From the NCBI RefSeq assembly GCF_000400465.1, contig NW_008806274.1, positions 480,244 through 512,243 on the forward strand: a stretch of 32,000 nucleotides of DNA, in the 5' to 3' direction. Below, piece after piece: positions 11,901-23,989 of the stretch; the first letter of the stretch is position 1; each line of letters begins with the position of its first letter. Both the position numbers and the translations under genes were made by a program. The notes under the pieces are model-generated. The model searched no databases, was not told the DNA's origin, and was given only the letters and a program-made list of their open reading frames with translations. The DNA is from Wallemia ichthyophaga EXF-994 (lineage: Eukaryota; Fungi; Basidiomycota).

Positions 11901-13726
11901 GCCACCAGAGCGGACTATGCCAGTAGCATCTCCAATAAGTACCGACTTTGAAGCTGGAAAGCGAAAGTCAGTCGAAAATAGTCCATCTCTTGCTAGTCCA
12001 CCTGCACGCACCTTGCCAGTAGCGCCTCCAATCAACACCAACACTGAAATTGGAGAGCCCAAGTCAGTCGAAAATAGCCCATCTCTTGCTAGCCCACCTG
12101 CACGCACCTTGCCAGCGCCTCCAAGTGCCGCTTCTGCATCTTCGCCAAGGCCACCTATTCCAAGAAGGAGACCATCATTGAGTAGCCAGAAATCGATTAA
12201 CAGATCATCTCTGGGTAGTGTGATGGATCAAGGTCAGTCAAATAGGCCTAGAACGTCTTCAGTCAGCAGTTCGGTGGATCAACCAAATTTAAGATCATCC
12301 TTAACGAGCACTAAAGACGCTCCATCCCTCCCTGGCTCACCACAAGTAATGGAGCCAGCGATGCAAGAAGATTTGAACGAAGATAACGATCTAGCTGAAA
12401 GACGTAGAAATATAACCGAGAGACTGGCTGCTTCTGGTGGAATAAGGCCATTGGTCGGAGGTTTGCCTCAACAACAAAGCCGTTCTGTGCCTCAACACCA
12501 AGAAGAAGCCTCTGAGCCTAATGAAGAACTTTCAAAGGGACTCAAAGGCGATGCTGATGAGGAGGAGACACCTGAGTCAGAGGCCGAGAGACGTGCACGT
12601 ATCGCTAAGAAGCTCGCTATGCAAGGTACTATCAGACCAATCTTTGGTGGCATGGAGTCGCAAGAGCCAACACAGTCTCAAACTGAACCAGTCGTTGAAG
12701 ACGTTGAGCAACCAAAGCTGGAGGTTGAAGAGCAGCACCTTGAAACGCCAAGGAGTGCAGATCAACCCCCACCGGTGCCAAGGCAGCGCCCTAGGTCATT
12801 CCTTGGCAGACCATCATCGATGATCTCGCCACCAAAAACTCCTCCTCCGACAAGTCCCCCTCCTGATCCACCTATAGCACCACCTTCTCGCCAACTGCCA
12901 AAGTTGGAACCGCCCACATCTCAACAATCAACAAGGCATGGTGAGGAAGATATAGATGACGAGAAACATAAAAGTAGCGGAGAATTCGTTCGCGTGCCTT
13001 CACAGAATCTATCAGTGACCACACCAAAGACTGAGCGCGATTCTTTCGAGTTTGTCACACCACCGAAAGATAGAGATATACCATCGCCGAGGTCTGGTAA
13101 GAGCCCAACCGGTCCACGCCCAGCCGGAAAGCACATCTACACCCACGACGAGTTAGTGCAGTTGTCACAATCGCTTGGTAGAAAGATCAACGAGTTCACG
13201 AAGGCGCAATATGAGTTATCCAAAAATATGCCTATCGCTGATGGCACATCTATTGGATTCGTCACTGAGACGCTCGCATTCTGCAATGCTGCCAGTGATC
13301 CCGAAAATTGGAACTTTGGTCATTTGATACACTCTCAAAATGCTCAAGGCATTGTCAAACGTTTGGACGATCCACGTGTAGGTGACATCCTCGTTCTCAA
13401 ACATTCCGAATTCAAAGGAAGGGTGCGTAGTGCTTTAGGACGATATTTATAAACTAACACACATTCACAGAAAGCATTCGGCAACTATAAGTCTCACTTT
13501 GGTGCAAATGGACCACAAGTAGCTTTCGTGGCTGAGTACGAGCTTAAAAAAGGAAAGGTGTCAGCTATGCAGTCAACGTCTCAACCAAACCATTATCCAA
13601 CCGTGGGTGCTAGTAATCAAAGCTATCTAGAAAGCTAACACTGCATAGCTCGAATACATATCGATCAAGTTCGGAGACTTGAAGGATGGAAGCTTTGATA
13701 TATTCAGACCGGTACCATTATCTTGA
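8914..13726 (+). CDS. Large acidic/Pro-rich actin-patch-type scaffold with BBC1/AIM3-like C-terminal domain, 1540 aa, 5 exons
   Basis: Exons 8914-8952, 9000-10485, 10535-13422, 13471-13602, 13649-13726 sum to 4623 nt, with 46-49 nt introns. The long disordered PXXP-rich body ends in a globular domain (IADGTSIGFVTETL...FGHLIHSQN...DDPRVGDILVLKHSEFKG...FDIFRP) that resembles the BBC1/AIM3 C-terminal domain. Family assigned by recognition, not by search. Confidence 0.8.
11899..12123 (+). repeat. Coding tandem repeat, 96-bp (32-aa) unit, about 2.3 copies
   Basis: AAGTCAGTCGAAAATAGYCCATCTCTTGCTAGYCCACCTGCACGCACCTTGCCAG starts at 11965 and again at 12061 (period 96). Protein unit SPPxRTxPVAxPIxTxxExGxxKSVENSPSLA. 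Confidence 0.9.
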
Positions 13727-14217
13727 ACGTGAAATTATGGGATATTTGCTTTATGTTTTTTACGAGTTAATGTTTATGCAATCACTTTCTCTTCCATAGA
13801 CTCAGATTGTTAAAATTAGAATTTCTAATTCATGTTTTAGTGGACATATAATAAAGCCTGACCATAATGAGAACAAGTGCTTGTGTGTAGAGGCTTAAAG
13901 CTATGAGGTCGTTTAAATGGTATCTGCTCGTGCATGAGGTTTCAGCAACGCTCGCACACATTGTGGTTGTGCTAGTCATTCCAGTGAAAGGTGTTGGTGA
14001 CAGCATTTACAGCAAGATCACACACATGCTTGCAAAAAGCAGAAAATGATATAGCCATCAAGTCTCAATTTTGAGATGAAAAGAATTCGCGCTTGTGTCG
14101 ATCCCGCTCTGATGATTAGAAATATGAATAAAGCACAATTTATAACAGTAGTCTTTTGAGCTTTATTGTAGAAAATTCTTCAATATCCTCTTTCCAGATG
14201 TTGTGATAGCGTTTAGG

Positions 14218-15438
14218 ATGACGTTCATCAAGCGATTCTTGCAAATCACCGACAGGGGTATAAGACTGAATGACAAGCACATCTCCTGGCCAATTATCAG
14301 AGACGCCGATCTAGAAGGACTCCACCCATCAACAACGCAGAAGACATGGGCAACAACCGACGTTCCGGTTGATTCTAAGCCACTTGATGCCCGGTTTGAT
14401 GAGCAGTCGCAGACGCTTAGTGTTAATTGGCACGACACCCCAGGTCTACCGAAGAGCAGTCAGTACAATCTGAAGACACTTTCAGAAGCCTTCAGCAGCA
14501 GACCTTGGCAGACATTTCCACCCCATATCCCAGCTGCCAAGCCGTGGAGTGTAAAGGAGTTCACCAACAACAGCCAGCACTTTGACGTTGCAGAACTGTA
14601 TGAGTCACCTTCTATGCTTCTCAAAGCACTTACACAGCTGCACGAGCGTGGTCTCATCTTCATAAACAACGTGCCGACAGAAGATACCACAGATGCAGGC
14701 TGTGGACTGAGACGAATGGCCGAGAGCTTATTCGGTGAACTGAGAAATACCTTCTATGGACAGACGTGGGACGTGAGAGCATTAGGCGGTCAGAGCCGAA
14801 ACGTCGCTTATACGGGACTCGATTTGAAATACCACATGGACTTACTGTGAGCGGGCTTTATCGGCTTCTGACTCAACTCATGCCTTCGCAGGTACTTTGA
14901 AAGTCCACCGCGCTTCCAATTCTTGCATTCACTTAAGGCACTAACGAAGGAGAAGTCACCGCAAGGACACTCATTGTTTCTGGACTCATACAAAGCAGCT
15001 GAGGAGCTTTCGCATCAATCACAGCAACTCCTTAGATCAGTTCCGATAGTGTACGAATACGACAATGATAATCACCATTACATACACTCACATCCTGTTC
15101 TTCAAGAGTTTGGAAGTAATCTGCAGTCAGTGAATTACTCACCACCATTCCAGTCACCACATCAACCGTTTATTGCGGAGTTAGAACCAGAGACACAGGT
15201 GAAATACTTGAACGCTCTCAGGGAGTGGAACAACTTATTGGATCGCCAGGACCTAAATCTTGAGACGCGTTTGAGCGAGGGAGATTGTGTTGTATTCGAT
15301 AACAGACGAGTGTTGCATGCTCGTAGAGCATTCGATGAGCAAGGCGGTCAGGATGAGATTGTTAGGTGGCTCAAAGGAACATATGTAGATGGAGATGCTA
15401 TCTGGGATCGCTGGAGAGTCGTGAAAGAGAGTCAATAA
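14218..15438 (+). CDS. Fe(II)/2-oxoglutarate dioxygenase, gamma-butyrobetaine hydroxylase/TauD family (AIM17-like, probably mitochondrial), 391 aa, 2 exons
   Basis: Exons 14218-14846 and 14892-15438 (45-nt intron). TFYGQTWDV, NVAYTGLDLKYHMDLLYFESPPRFQFLH (HxD), GDCVVFDNRRVLHARRAF (distal His), RWLKGTYVD. Basic N-terminus. Confidence 0.9.
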
Positions 15439-15609
15439 ATGACATGAATGATATTTGCTTATCGTATTGTGTGTTGAGTCACTTTGCCTCACGAGATCGA
15501 CATATGTAGATTGATGCAAATGATTCAATGTGAAATGTTCACAAAGGAATCCTTCTCTTGTATTCAACCGCTCACGTATGACGATATCTCTTCACCTTCA
15601 ACCATCAAC

Positions 15610-16581
15610 ATGTCGAGCGCAGTGCAGATATTGACAGACTATCGCAAGGAGGGTGTGAGGCGGTCGCAAGAAACATACAATTTGTCAAAGCAGATCTACG
15701 GTACACGCCATGAGCGTAGCTTGGGAGATGAGAGTGGGTGGTCCACCGCTGTGCCTTTGTTTTCTAAATAAAGCTTCAAGAGTGGGCCTTTTACGAGCAA
15801 TTTGCAATCGCTGCACTGGATGTCGGTGATCACAATTTGGCCGAGGTGCGAGGATGTTCTTAGCAAGCTAGTCAACAGACTGACATCGCCAAAGGAGCTG
15901 CTTTTACGTCTAGCTGAGAAGTTCCCACTGTCGCCTCGCGTGTCGGTAATCGAAGGCATGATGTTGGAAGCCAAGCGTGAATTCGGTCTGGCTGAACGTT
16001 TGTACAACAATCTACTGGAAGAGGATCCAACCAACGTCGTGAGTTAGTAGCTAACGGAAATATTACGTTGACACTATCTCAAGGCGATACAAAAACGTAT
16101 GATAGTGCTGACGAAGCTGCAATACCCTAAGGACCTATCTAAGGCGACGGATAGGTTGACAACCTACTTGGACACATTTTACTTGGATCCTGAAGCCTGG
16201 ATGGAGCTGGCAGATATATACACACAGCAGCAGAGCTATCAAAGAGCGTTATTCGCTATTGAAGAGTGTCTGCTCATGCAGCCTATCAATCCATACTACA
16301 TACTGAAGTATGCGGAAACTCAATACACATCGGGAGATTTTCACGAAGCCTACAACTCGTATTTACGTGTTGTCGAGCTTCAAGACAGCTTTCCTAGGGC
16401 TTGGCTAGGTCTCAAAATGTGCTGCAGGAAGCTTCTCAAGTATCCTCATAACGAGCAGCCTGAACATCTTTCTAGAGTTGATGTGCTAGCTACAAAAATG
16501 TCATTAGACATGTACACATCTTCATCCACTCATAAAGTCGATGATGACACTCGTAAAGCTGTATTAAAATTCGTTGAGTAA
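15610..16581 (+). CDS. EMC2: ER membrane protein complex subunit 2 (TPR protein), 276 aa, 4 exons
   Basis: Exons 15610-15733, 15781-15845, 15895-16038, 16084-16581, with 45-49 nt introns. WAFYEQFAIAALDVG, FPLSPRV, GMMLEA, YLDTFYLDPEAWMELADIY, FAIEECLLMQP are typical EMC2/TTC35 motifs. Confidence 0.92.
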
Positions 16582-16832
16582 AATTAGATACCCAATTATA
16601 GTAGTGTGTCATCGCTGGTTAATGTGTTGTGTCTGTATTTGAGGATTGATTCATTCTGGCGTCGCTCAGTCACAGAGCTACTATTAAAATAAAGAGATAA
16701 CGCAGTTAAATACAATACAACCTGAAGATCAGTACATGACTAAAAATAGGAGAGCATAAATTATATTTTGAAAATGGTTATACAACACAATAATGCAGGA
16801 ATAATTTTGACGGGATTTGATAAGGCGACAGA

Positions 16833-19678
16833 TTAGAGTTCAACTTGTGGATGAACGAGGTATGTGACTTGGTCATCAGTGGATGAGGATGGGTCTTGAC
16901 TCTCCGTATCGCGATCAGCACTACCACGCAGCTCGAGCAAATATTGATCCTGGAGGATTAGTTAGGAAATAAATTTAGTCAAGCATCTACACCTACCTTG
17001 ACCAACTTCTTCAAGACCTTTGCCATTAGAGCCTGTTCAGCCTCGAGTTGTTCAATCGAGTCTATTTCCTCCTCCTTTGATTCAATGTATGACTGTATTA
17101 TCTCATCCTTTGTGACACCAGAACCGGTTGTGTTCTCTACTGTGAGAAGGTGCTGCACGACAAGTGACATGAGTGACATATACTTGTCGTATGTGATAGT
17201 AAGTTTGGTTTTCTCAGCTGTTGGTTGAGGTGTATTTACGCCGCCCTCAGAAGCTGGAGGTGCAGATGACGAAGGCTGGACTGATGAAGTTGGAATTTGG
17301 AGATTGGGGTCGGAGGAAGATGTTATGTCTTGGGTAACATTATCCATAGGCTCAGTTGGTTGTTGTTCGTCTTCATCATCCAATCCTACATCATCCTGCT
17401 CGACGTGAATGATAGATTGACGGAGTAAAGAGTAAGCCTCCTTAACATATTGTGGAAGGATTTCGTTTGAGCAGTTAGCGCGTGCTATTGCTTCTGATAA
17501 TCTGATCATGGATTCCAGCTGTCTGACTGTGATTCTGTAGCTATTTCTACCAATACCCTGTGCATCATCTTGTCTCAGTATCCTGTATTTCTCAACCAGT
17601 AAATCGGAAGCTTCCACTGTCATTCTTGGTTGGAATGTCCTACTGTATCTGATAAATCTTTGCAGCTGCTCAGTGTTAAATTCAGGCTCGAGCGCTTGAT
17701 CTCTGAATCTGTGAATATTGACAATGTGTCTTGCGAGCATATCATCGACGCTCTCATTGCACTCGTCCAAAACAACGAAGAAAAGATCGAATCTACTCAT
17801 GATTGGTGCAGACATTGCGACGTTCTGTCTGAGCGTTGCTTTACGATTGTAGCGTCCACCGATTGGATTGGCTGCTGCTAAGATTGATGTTCTAGCATTG
17901 AGCGTAGCTTGTAAACCGGCTTTTGCAATAGAAAGTGTTTGTTGTTCCATAGCTTCGTGGATTGCAACTTGGTCTGCTATATCCATCTTATCAAATTCAT
18001 CAATCGCACAGATACCATTGTCTGCCAACATGAGTGCTCCAGCTTCGATTGTAAATTCGCCAGTCTCCTCATCTTTGACCACTGCAGCTGTTAAACCAGC
18101 AGCTGAGGATGCTTTACCGGATGTATAAACTGCTCTTGGAAGGAAAGACGTGACATACTTCAAGAATTGAGATTTGGATGTAGATGGATCACCGACAACA
18201 CAAATGTTGATATCTCCTCTCAAGTGAATACCCTCGTGAGTGCGCTTGTGTACACCACCCATTAGCTGTAACAACAATCCCTTCTTGACAATATCGTGTC
18301 CAAATACAGTTGGTGCTATACTCTTCACTAGACGGTGGTAGATGTTGTCGGTATTAACCATTGCTCGAAGTTCTTCGATTTCTTGTTGCGTTAAGCTTCT
18401 GAGGAAGGTATCTTGATCTTCTTCCTCCTCATAATCGGCCCTGACGTTGGTAGCAGAAGATCTACCATCTGCCGACTGAACCATGCAAGCCAAATAAGCA
18501 GTCTTGTATTGCAAATCGCGCACACCGAGCGCCTTTAAGCCCGTAACACCCTGATTATCAGTTCGACCGCCTGAGTTTTCTCTCATTAACTCAGTGTTTA
18601 CACCAGGTATACCCAATTGACTGACATCCGGTACGACGATGAAAGTACCTGTGAAAGTGCACTTGTCTCCAGCCTTTGCCTTTTCAACCGTTTCACCACG
18701 AAGAATGACATCCAAAGATCTTGGCATCGAACCGGTCGGAATTTCGTTTGCATTCTCTTGTATACGGACTTTCTGCCAGTCTGAGAACTTTGACTGTTCA
18801 ATTATAAGTCTCCAAGCGTTTCTGTTGTTGCACGTTGGATTTGGACACATGCTTGGCTCTGTGAATTTGAATTGCTGTTCTATATCGTGCATTACAACAC
18901 CGCATTCTTCACAAGCGAAGCAGCCGTTGACAAGTTCAGGCCTGACTTCTGAAGTACGCGTGACTGTACCGCCAACACTCATCAATGTACCGATCTTGTC
19001 TGTTCTTAGGTCTCTGATGCCACTAACGATTGGAAGATCGTAGAAAGCGATTTGGAATTCCCTTATGATATATGAGCTGGCAGATTGTGTGGCTGTGACA
19101 GTTTGGGCGTTGGAATAGAGATAACCTGGTTCGTATTTGTGTACCAAGTTTTGTACGGCGCGTTTCAAGAAAGGCAAGAATCTATAGTACTGATCTGTGA
19201 CGGCCTTTGCTAAGATATCTTCACGTTCAAGTAGGTGAGAGAATGATACGTATAGCGTTGTAAAGTTGTATTCTCTCATTCCGTGTATCTGCTCGACGTA
19301 GAACTTTGATTCCGCCTCAGCTTGCATTCCATCTACGCCAGGCGTAGCAGCGAGATCAACAACTTCAGTGTATGACTCTAAGAAATTCTCAAAGCTCTCC
19401 ATGACCTTTTCTCCAGTTGCATCTTTGACTTTTGGTACTTCAGAGCTGCAGCAGTGTGAGATGAGATTTAAAGACATCTACGACACCCACGGATCTTGTG
19501 GATTGCGCTTTGCTCTTCTGCGTGCGTTTGATTCTTCACCCGCCTCATCATCTTCGAGATTATGATCCTGGATCGACATATCGTTTATGGGACGCGCTGG
19601 AGGGGAGCTTTGCCTCTGTGCGCCAACATCGGAGGTTGGATCTGGTAGTGGACTGGATGGTCCAAGTGGCGTGCTCAT
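16833..19678 (-). CDS. MCM6: DNA replication licensing factor Mcm6, 917 aa, 3 exons
   Basis: Exons 19678-19491, 19445-16997, 16949-16833. Zn finger CEECG...CPNPTC, Walker A GDPSTSKSQ (Mcm6-type), ICAIDEFDKM, arginine finger MSRFDL, C-terminal winged-helix region ending YLVHPQ. Confidence 0.97.
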
Positions 19679-19694
19679 GGCGGTGATAAGTTAG

Positions 19695-19726
19695 CGCGTG
19701 TTGAGTCAGCCTGCGTGTCTTCGCGT
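19695..19726. promoter_or_regulatory. Two MCB-like ACGCG cores upstream of MCM6
   Basis: CGCGT at 19695-19699 and 19722-19726, 17-48 nt upstream of the MCM6 ATG. MCB/MBF control of replication genes is established in yeasts; its use here is inferred. Confidence 0.35.
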
Positions 19727-19868
19727 CGAGATGGGAATGGAAAACAATAAAATTAAGATATTAACAAGAATATAAGTGGATTATATAGTGTATTAGGTCC
19801 TTGGTATGGATCTGTAAATTACTTAATAGATTCGTTGAGATGTGATTTGACTGTGCCTTGCGCATTTA

Positions 19869-20741
19869 TTATTTCTTTGGGTTTACTGTGTTACGGCGCT
19901 GAACAGTGCGTTCACGCTGTGTCATCTCGTTAGATTAATTAGGCTCTCCATGCCCTCTCCAACTCACATCTGTTATAGCCTTCCCATTCGTTAGTCTATC
20001 CACGCGTTCCATACGCTCATCAACGAGAGCATCAATCTCCGCCTTGTGCTGCTTCTTTAACTCGAGCTCTCTTTGCCTTTGCTCGCGTTGACGCTCAGAA
20101 GACTCAAAATCTGACTTGAGACGCTCAAGCTTTTTAGCAATTTCGTGATGGCTCTTGATAGATTTCTCCAATCTACCATTAGCTTGTGTTATAGATTTCT
20201 CAGCTTTAGCGCTCAATTTCTGCGCTTTCTCTGCATCCTTGAGAGCGTCTTTGAGAGCAGCTGCATCGTTCTTGGCTTCCGCCTCCAAGATTTTTGAAAC
20301 CTGTTTAGCATCTTTGCCCTCATTCATCAGAATCGCTCTGCGGTCATCATCCCCTAAACGTGCATCCGCGTCTTGGAGGCGGTTTTGTTGATCTTGGGAT
20401 ACTCTCTCTGCACCTCTAGCTGAGGCTGTGGCTGATGGTGATTTTTGGAGGTTTGCACCTTGATCTCCGTTGATTGCTCTGTCTGCAACCCCCTGTGGCT
20501 TTGACTCTGTTGGTGTGCGTTGAATCGAGGTTGGAGGCGATGGGGATGTTGCTTCTGGTACTTGTGGTACTGGTTGCGATGTATTTGCTGGCTCTGCTGG
20601 TACTGATGTTGTAGGCTCAGCTTGCTTGGTGGCGGGGGATGACGTATCTATATGTGGCGGGACTTGCTCCGAGGTCTGAGCAGGTGCTGATTTCTCAGCG
20701 ACTTCTTGTGGCTGTGTGGCTACTTTGTCTGCTTCTGACAT
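19869..20741 (-). CDS. Uncharacterised protein, Pro/Thr/Ser-rich N-terminus plus Lys/Glu/Ala coiled-coil C-terminus, 273 aa, 2 exons
   Basis: ATG at 20741 (MSEADKVATQPQEV). Proposed 51-nt intron 19967-19917 (GTGAGT...CTAAC...ACAG) gives the C-terminus RERTVQRRNTVNPKK*. Long open frame with heptad-like composition. Confidence 0.8.
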
Positions 20742-21111
20742 TCTATTCCAAATTACCCTTTTCGGTTGATGAATGTGCTTACAAAACCTACGAAAGCAGT
20801 CGTGCACGGAAGGAATGCGGATGAGAATGAGAATGAGTCTAGAACAAGTTACGCATAAAAATCACAACCGAAACACCTCAGAAAACGCAAGACATACATG
20901 TGGAAATATTGTGTTATTGTGTGATAGAGCGTAATTGAGCGCGATGCTAGGATGGTCTGTATTAGTGCTTATTGATCGGATATTTGATGCAAGTTATTAG
21001 AATAGTAGTGATTTAATTTCGCACTATAAACTGTTCATAACAAGTGCTTGGCGTGTGTATTTGCCCGTAAAATGCCTATGAAAAGAAAGTAACTGAACCT
21101 TTAGCTAATGC

Positions 21112-22910
21112 TCAGCTTTGCTGCTTATAAGAAGATGTGAAAGCAAGATTATCCAACTTGTTCGTCTCCCCTGTAAAATCTGGTGTTGGTAAAGGGGAAT
21201 CAGAATGCGATCTATCACTCTTGTTCAATTGATGGTCTACTACTAGCTTTGGATCATACGCCCGCGTATACATGTACTGCTCTGGACTTCCTCCTACTGA
21301 ACTATTTGATGATTCTGCCAGCTGATCTGAGCTGGAAGAGTCGGATGGTACATGATGTCCTCCGTAATTGCTCACGTACGAGGTGTCGTTGTTTGAATAG
21401 ACATTGTATGTCGGTCCCGGCATCTCATGCGCGGGTACGAACGTAGATTTATGCTTCTCATCGCTAACATTCAACATTGACTTTGCTTCTATTGGTGAGG
21501 GTGAATTCCTGATATCATTGTTTGAGTTCTTCTCCTTTTCCATGTTGTATGAGGCAAAGTTGTCTCCTATCTTGTTAGACGACGCAGGTACACCTTTGTT
21601 TGAAGCAGCTGCGGCTGCGCTAGGTTTATTGTAGATCATTGTGCTTCCTAAAACTGTGCTAGCACCCATTACGAAACCAGGAGTAATTGGAAAGTCGAAA
21701 AGAATGACTGATGCAACTGAAGAGATTACGATTGATATTGAGGTAGCAAATCCTTTTAATATCTGTGCGCTTTGGTTAGTGAGGTATTTCAGGATCATAC
21801 GCTACACCCACATTATCGGAATATTTAATAACTAAAGCCGTGACCAATCCACCAAGCACCTGAGTTAGTACAGTTGCATACGCCCAAACGTTGAAGTTGC
21901 GTACCAGATTAAGGCGTTCCAAGAGCCCAAGGCCATGTGTAGCTTGTCCAAACAGTACTGGTAGGAGTGCAGGAGGGAAGCTGAACAGGGATAGCTGTAC
22001 GTTTCTAACCCAAAGATCGACGTTGGATCCCTTCAAAACAAGTTCAAAGTACACTCCAGCCAGACCAGAAGTTAAGCAGGCCATAGCGACAGCCATGAAC
22101 CCTGTAATTGGATTACCGGCGTGCACACCCCCCTGCGATGAAGACATGGTGGTTGACTGAACCTGGACAATACCAACTCCGATAGCCAGGAAAACGAGCG
22201 AGAGCCACTTTGTCTTTGTAAGGCTTCTGCCGAGCAGGACTACAGAGAAGAGGGCTGTGGTGAGAATCTTCATCTGATAAGCGACCTAAGGGAGAAATGA
22301 GTGAGTAGGATCTTTAAAACAACACATCACGCACCTGGAAAGTAGCTACTTCCAAGTTAGACGCCGCCACGAATGCCAAATTGTTCTGGATGACATAGAG
22401 GATCGCAGGGATGGAGAGCTTCCAGGAATCCCTACTAAAAATCTGAGCCACGAGTATTTTTGCTTTAAGTTTAGTATCCGAGGGGCGCTGGTCGTCTTTG
22501 AGGCTGAGGGATATGCGTCTCTTGTTGTGGCTGGCAGACGGTTTGACAGGGAGATTTCCTAAGAAGGATTTCTTCTTCTTGGGAAATAGCGGGCTGAGGT
22601 GATCCTCTCTATTTGAATTGAGAGCGTGATCATCCGTACGCTTGTACGCCGTGTAGAGCGATATCGACGCCTTTAGTATCTCAGTCAATAAGACAGCAGA
22701 AGCGGGATTGTACGAGTGCTCAGGATCTGAAACGCGTGAGTAGCGCATCAATATCGACAGACTAGCGTTCTGCAATGCCAATGTGACCAAGCTGAGGTAC
22801 TTGAGCGGTATCCCGTATAACTCCTGCTTTTCCACGGGGCTGAGATTAAGCGCAGGCGCCCGCTTTCTGTCGCTCGAGAACGATGATTTCTTGTTGGTTA
22901 TCGACGACAT
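21112..22910 (-). CDS. Nucleotide-sugar transporter, SLC35A (UDP-galactose/CMP-sialic acid transporter) family, 566 aa, 3 exons
   Basis: Exons 22910-22335, 22285-21812, 21762-21112. LKYLSLVTLALQNASL, KLSIPAILYVIQNNLAFVA, TFQVAYQMKILTTALF, GLAGVYFELVLK, LWVRNVQL, GGLVTALVIKYSDNILKGFATS. Disordered C-terminal tail. Confidence 0.93.
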
Positions 22911-23081
22911 ATTAAGTCTTTTATAAGTCTTGCTGGAAGCGAGCTAAGATGTTTTTGGGGATGCTTTCGGATGAAATTACGGAAAATGTTTAAATTCAAA
23001 TACAATTACATTTTATTAGTCTTTGCGTGTTCTGCGTGCTTTGCTTGCTCTTTCGCTTGGTATCATTCAACGTCTTCTCCG

Positions 23082-23678
23082 CTACGGCCAAACGCCCCGC
23101 TTCTTCGCTTGGGGCGACGACGGCGCGCATAAGAGGCTGTTCAGATTCATTGCTACTCTTCCCCTTGGCTTGACGTCCTTAGGCAGCGTCTCTACTGGCG
23201 ATGGCGGTACTTTTTGGACCACGTGATCCACCTGTTTGGAATAACTCGTGAGGGGCTGCGCGGAATTCGTTGCATCTGCGTCTGCCTCGGCTTCGGCAAT
23301 TTTAGGCGACTGCTTTATCGTGCTTTTGCTCTTAAACAAATTAGTCGTCCGCTTTACCTTTGAGCCACTATCAAAGCTCGTCTCTACGAATGTCAATGGC
23401 TCATTCTCGTTATTGTTGAATTGTCTGCGCTTCTCATTCTGTCGCTTGTTCTGGTACCATACTTGCACATTTCGCGACGACCTGTCATCTCAATCAGTAC
23501 TTGTGCTCGGGTTCGGTAGTGTCACTCACATTCCAACATTCTGCGCAATCTCTGCGCGCTTGCTCGCGCTTGGAAGTGGATTTCTCAGGTATTCTTCCTC
23601 TAATAGTTGCAGCTCTTGCGGCGTCGTTCTCCTTCTCCTCTTCCTTGACTCTATTGCCGCAAAATTTTCGTTACTCAT
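23082..23678 (-). CDS. Homeodomain transcription factor, Yox1/Yhp1-like, about 182 aa, 2 exons
   Basis: Exons 23678-23530 and 23481-23082 (48-nt intron). RKRRRRTTPQELQLLEEEYLRNPLPSASKRAEIAQNVGMSSRNVQVWYQNKRQNEKR is a complete homeodomain. The C-terminal end of the model is less certain. Confidence 0.85.
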
Positions 23679-23815
23679 TGCTTTAATGATCTAGTTGTGG
23701 ATGTAGAAAATAAACCTACGCGGTTTGGTTTCTATGTCTTAATTAAGTCACCTTGCCATTTTGGGTTGAATTGATAATCTATTACCGAATGCGTCGATTT
23801 ACGCAGTTTGCGTGA

Positions 23816-23829
23816 TTCCTATAAGGGAA
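23816..23829. promoter_or_regulatory. Mcm1/ECB-like palindromic box upstream of the homeobox gene
   Basis: TTCCTATAAGGGAA resembles TTWCC-N6-GGAAA, about 140 nt upstream of the ATG. ACGCG at 23718-23722 is nearby. Confidence 0.25.
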
Positions 23830-23989
23830 GGTTCCAAGTGGGGTGTGCGTACACTCAATTTGGCAACCTGCCCGTTGGATTTTTTAACAGGTTTTTGTGG
23901 GGAAGCACAGTCCTTAAGAGTGTTTTGACCGGGAAAGTAATAAAACCCGTTTAATCACATTGCATTACATTATTCATTACACGTGTTGG

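Noticed and set aside
13903-14049. 48-codon plus-strand ORF and GTGTGT-type intron-like pieces between the BBC1-like and AIM17-like genes
   Set aside because: Too short, no recognisable family, and no consistent splice model.
20820-20837. (GAGAAT)n short repeat upstream of the coiled-coil gene
   Set aside because: An ordinary 3-copy microsatellite.
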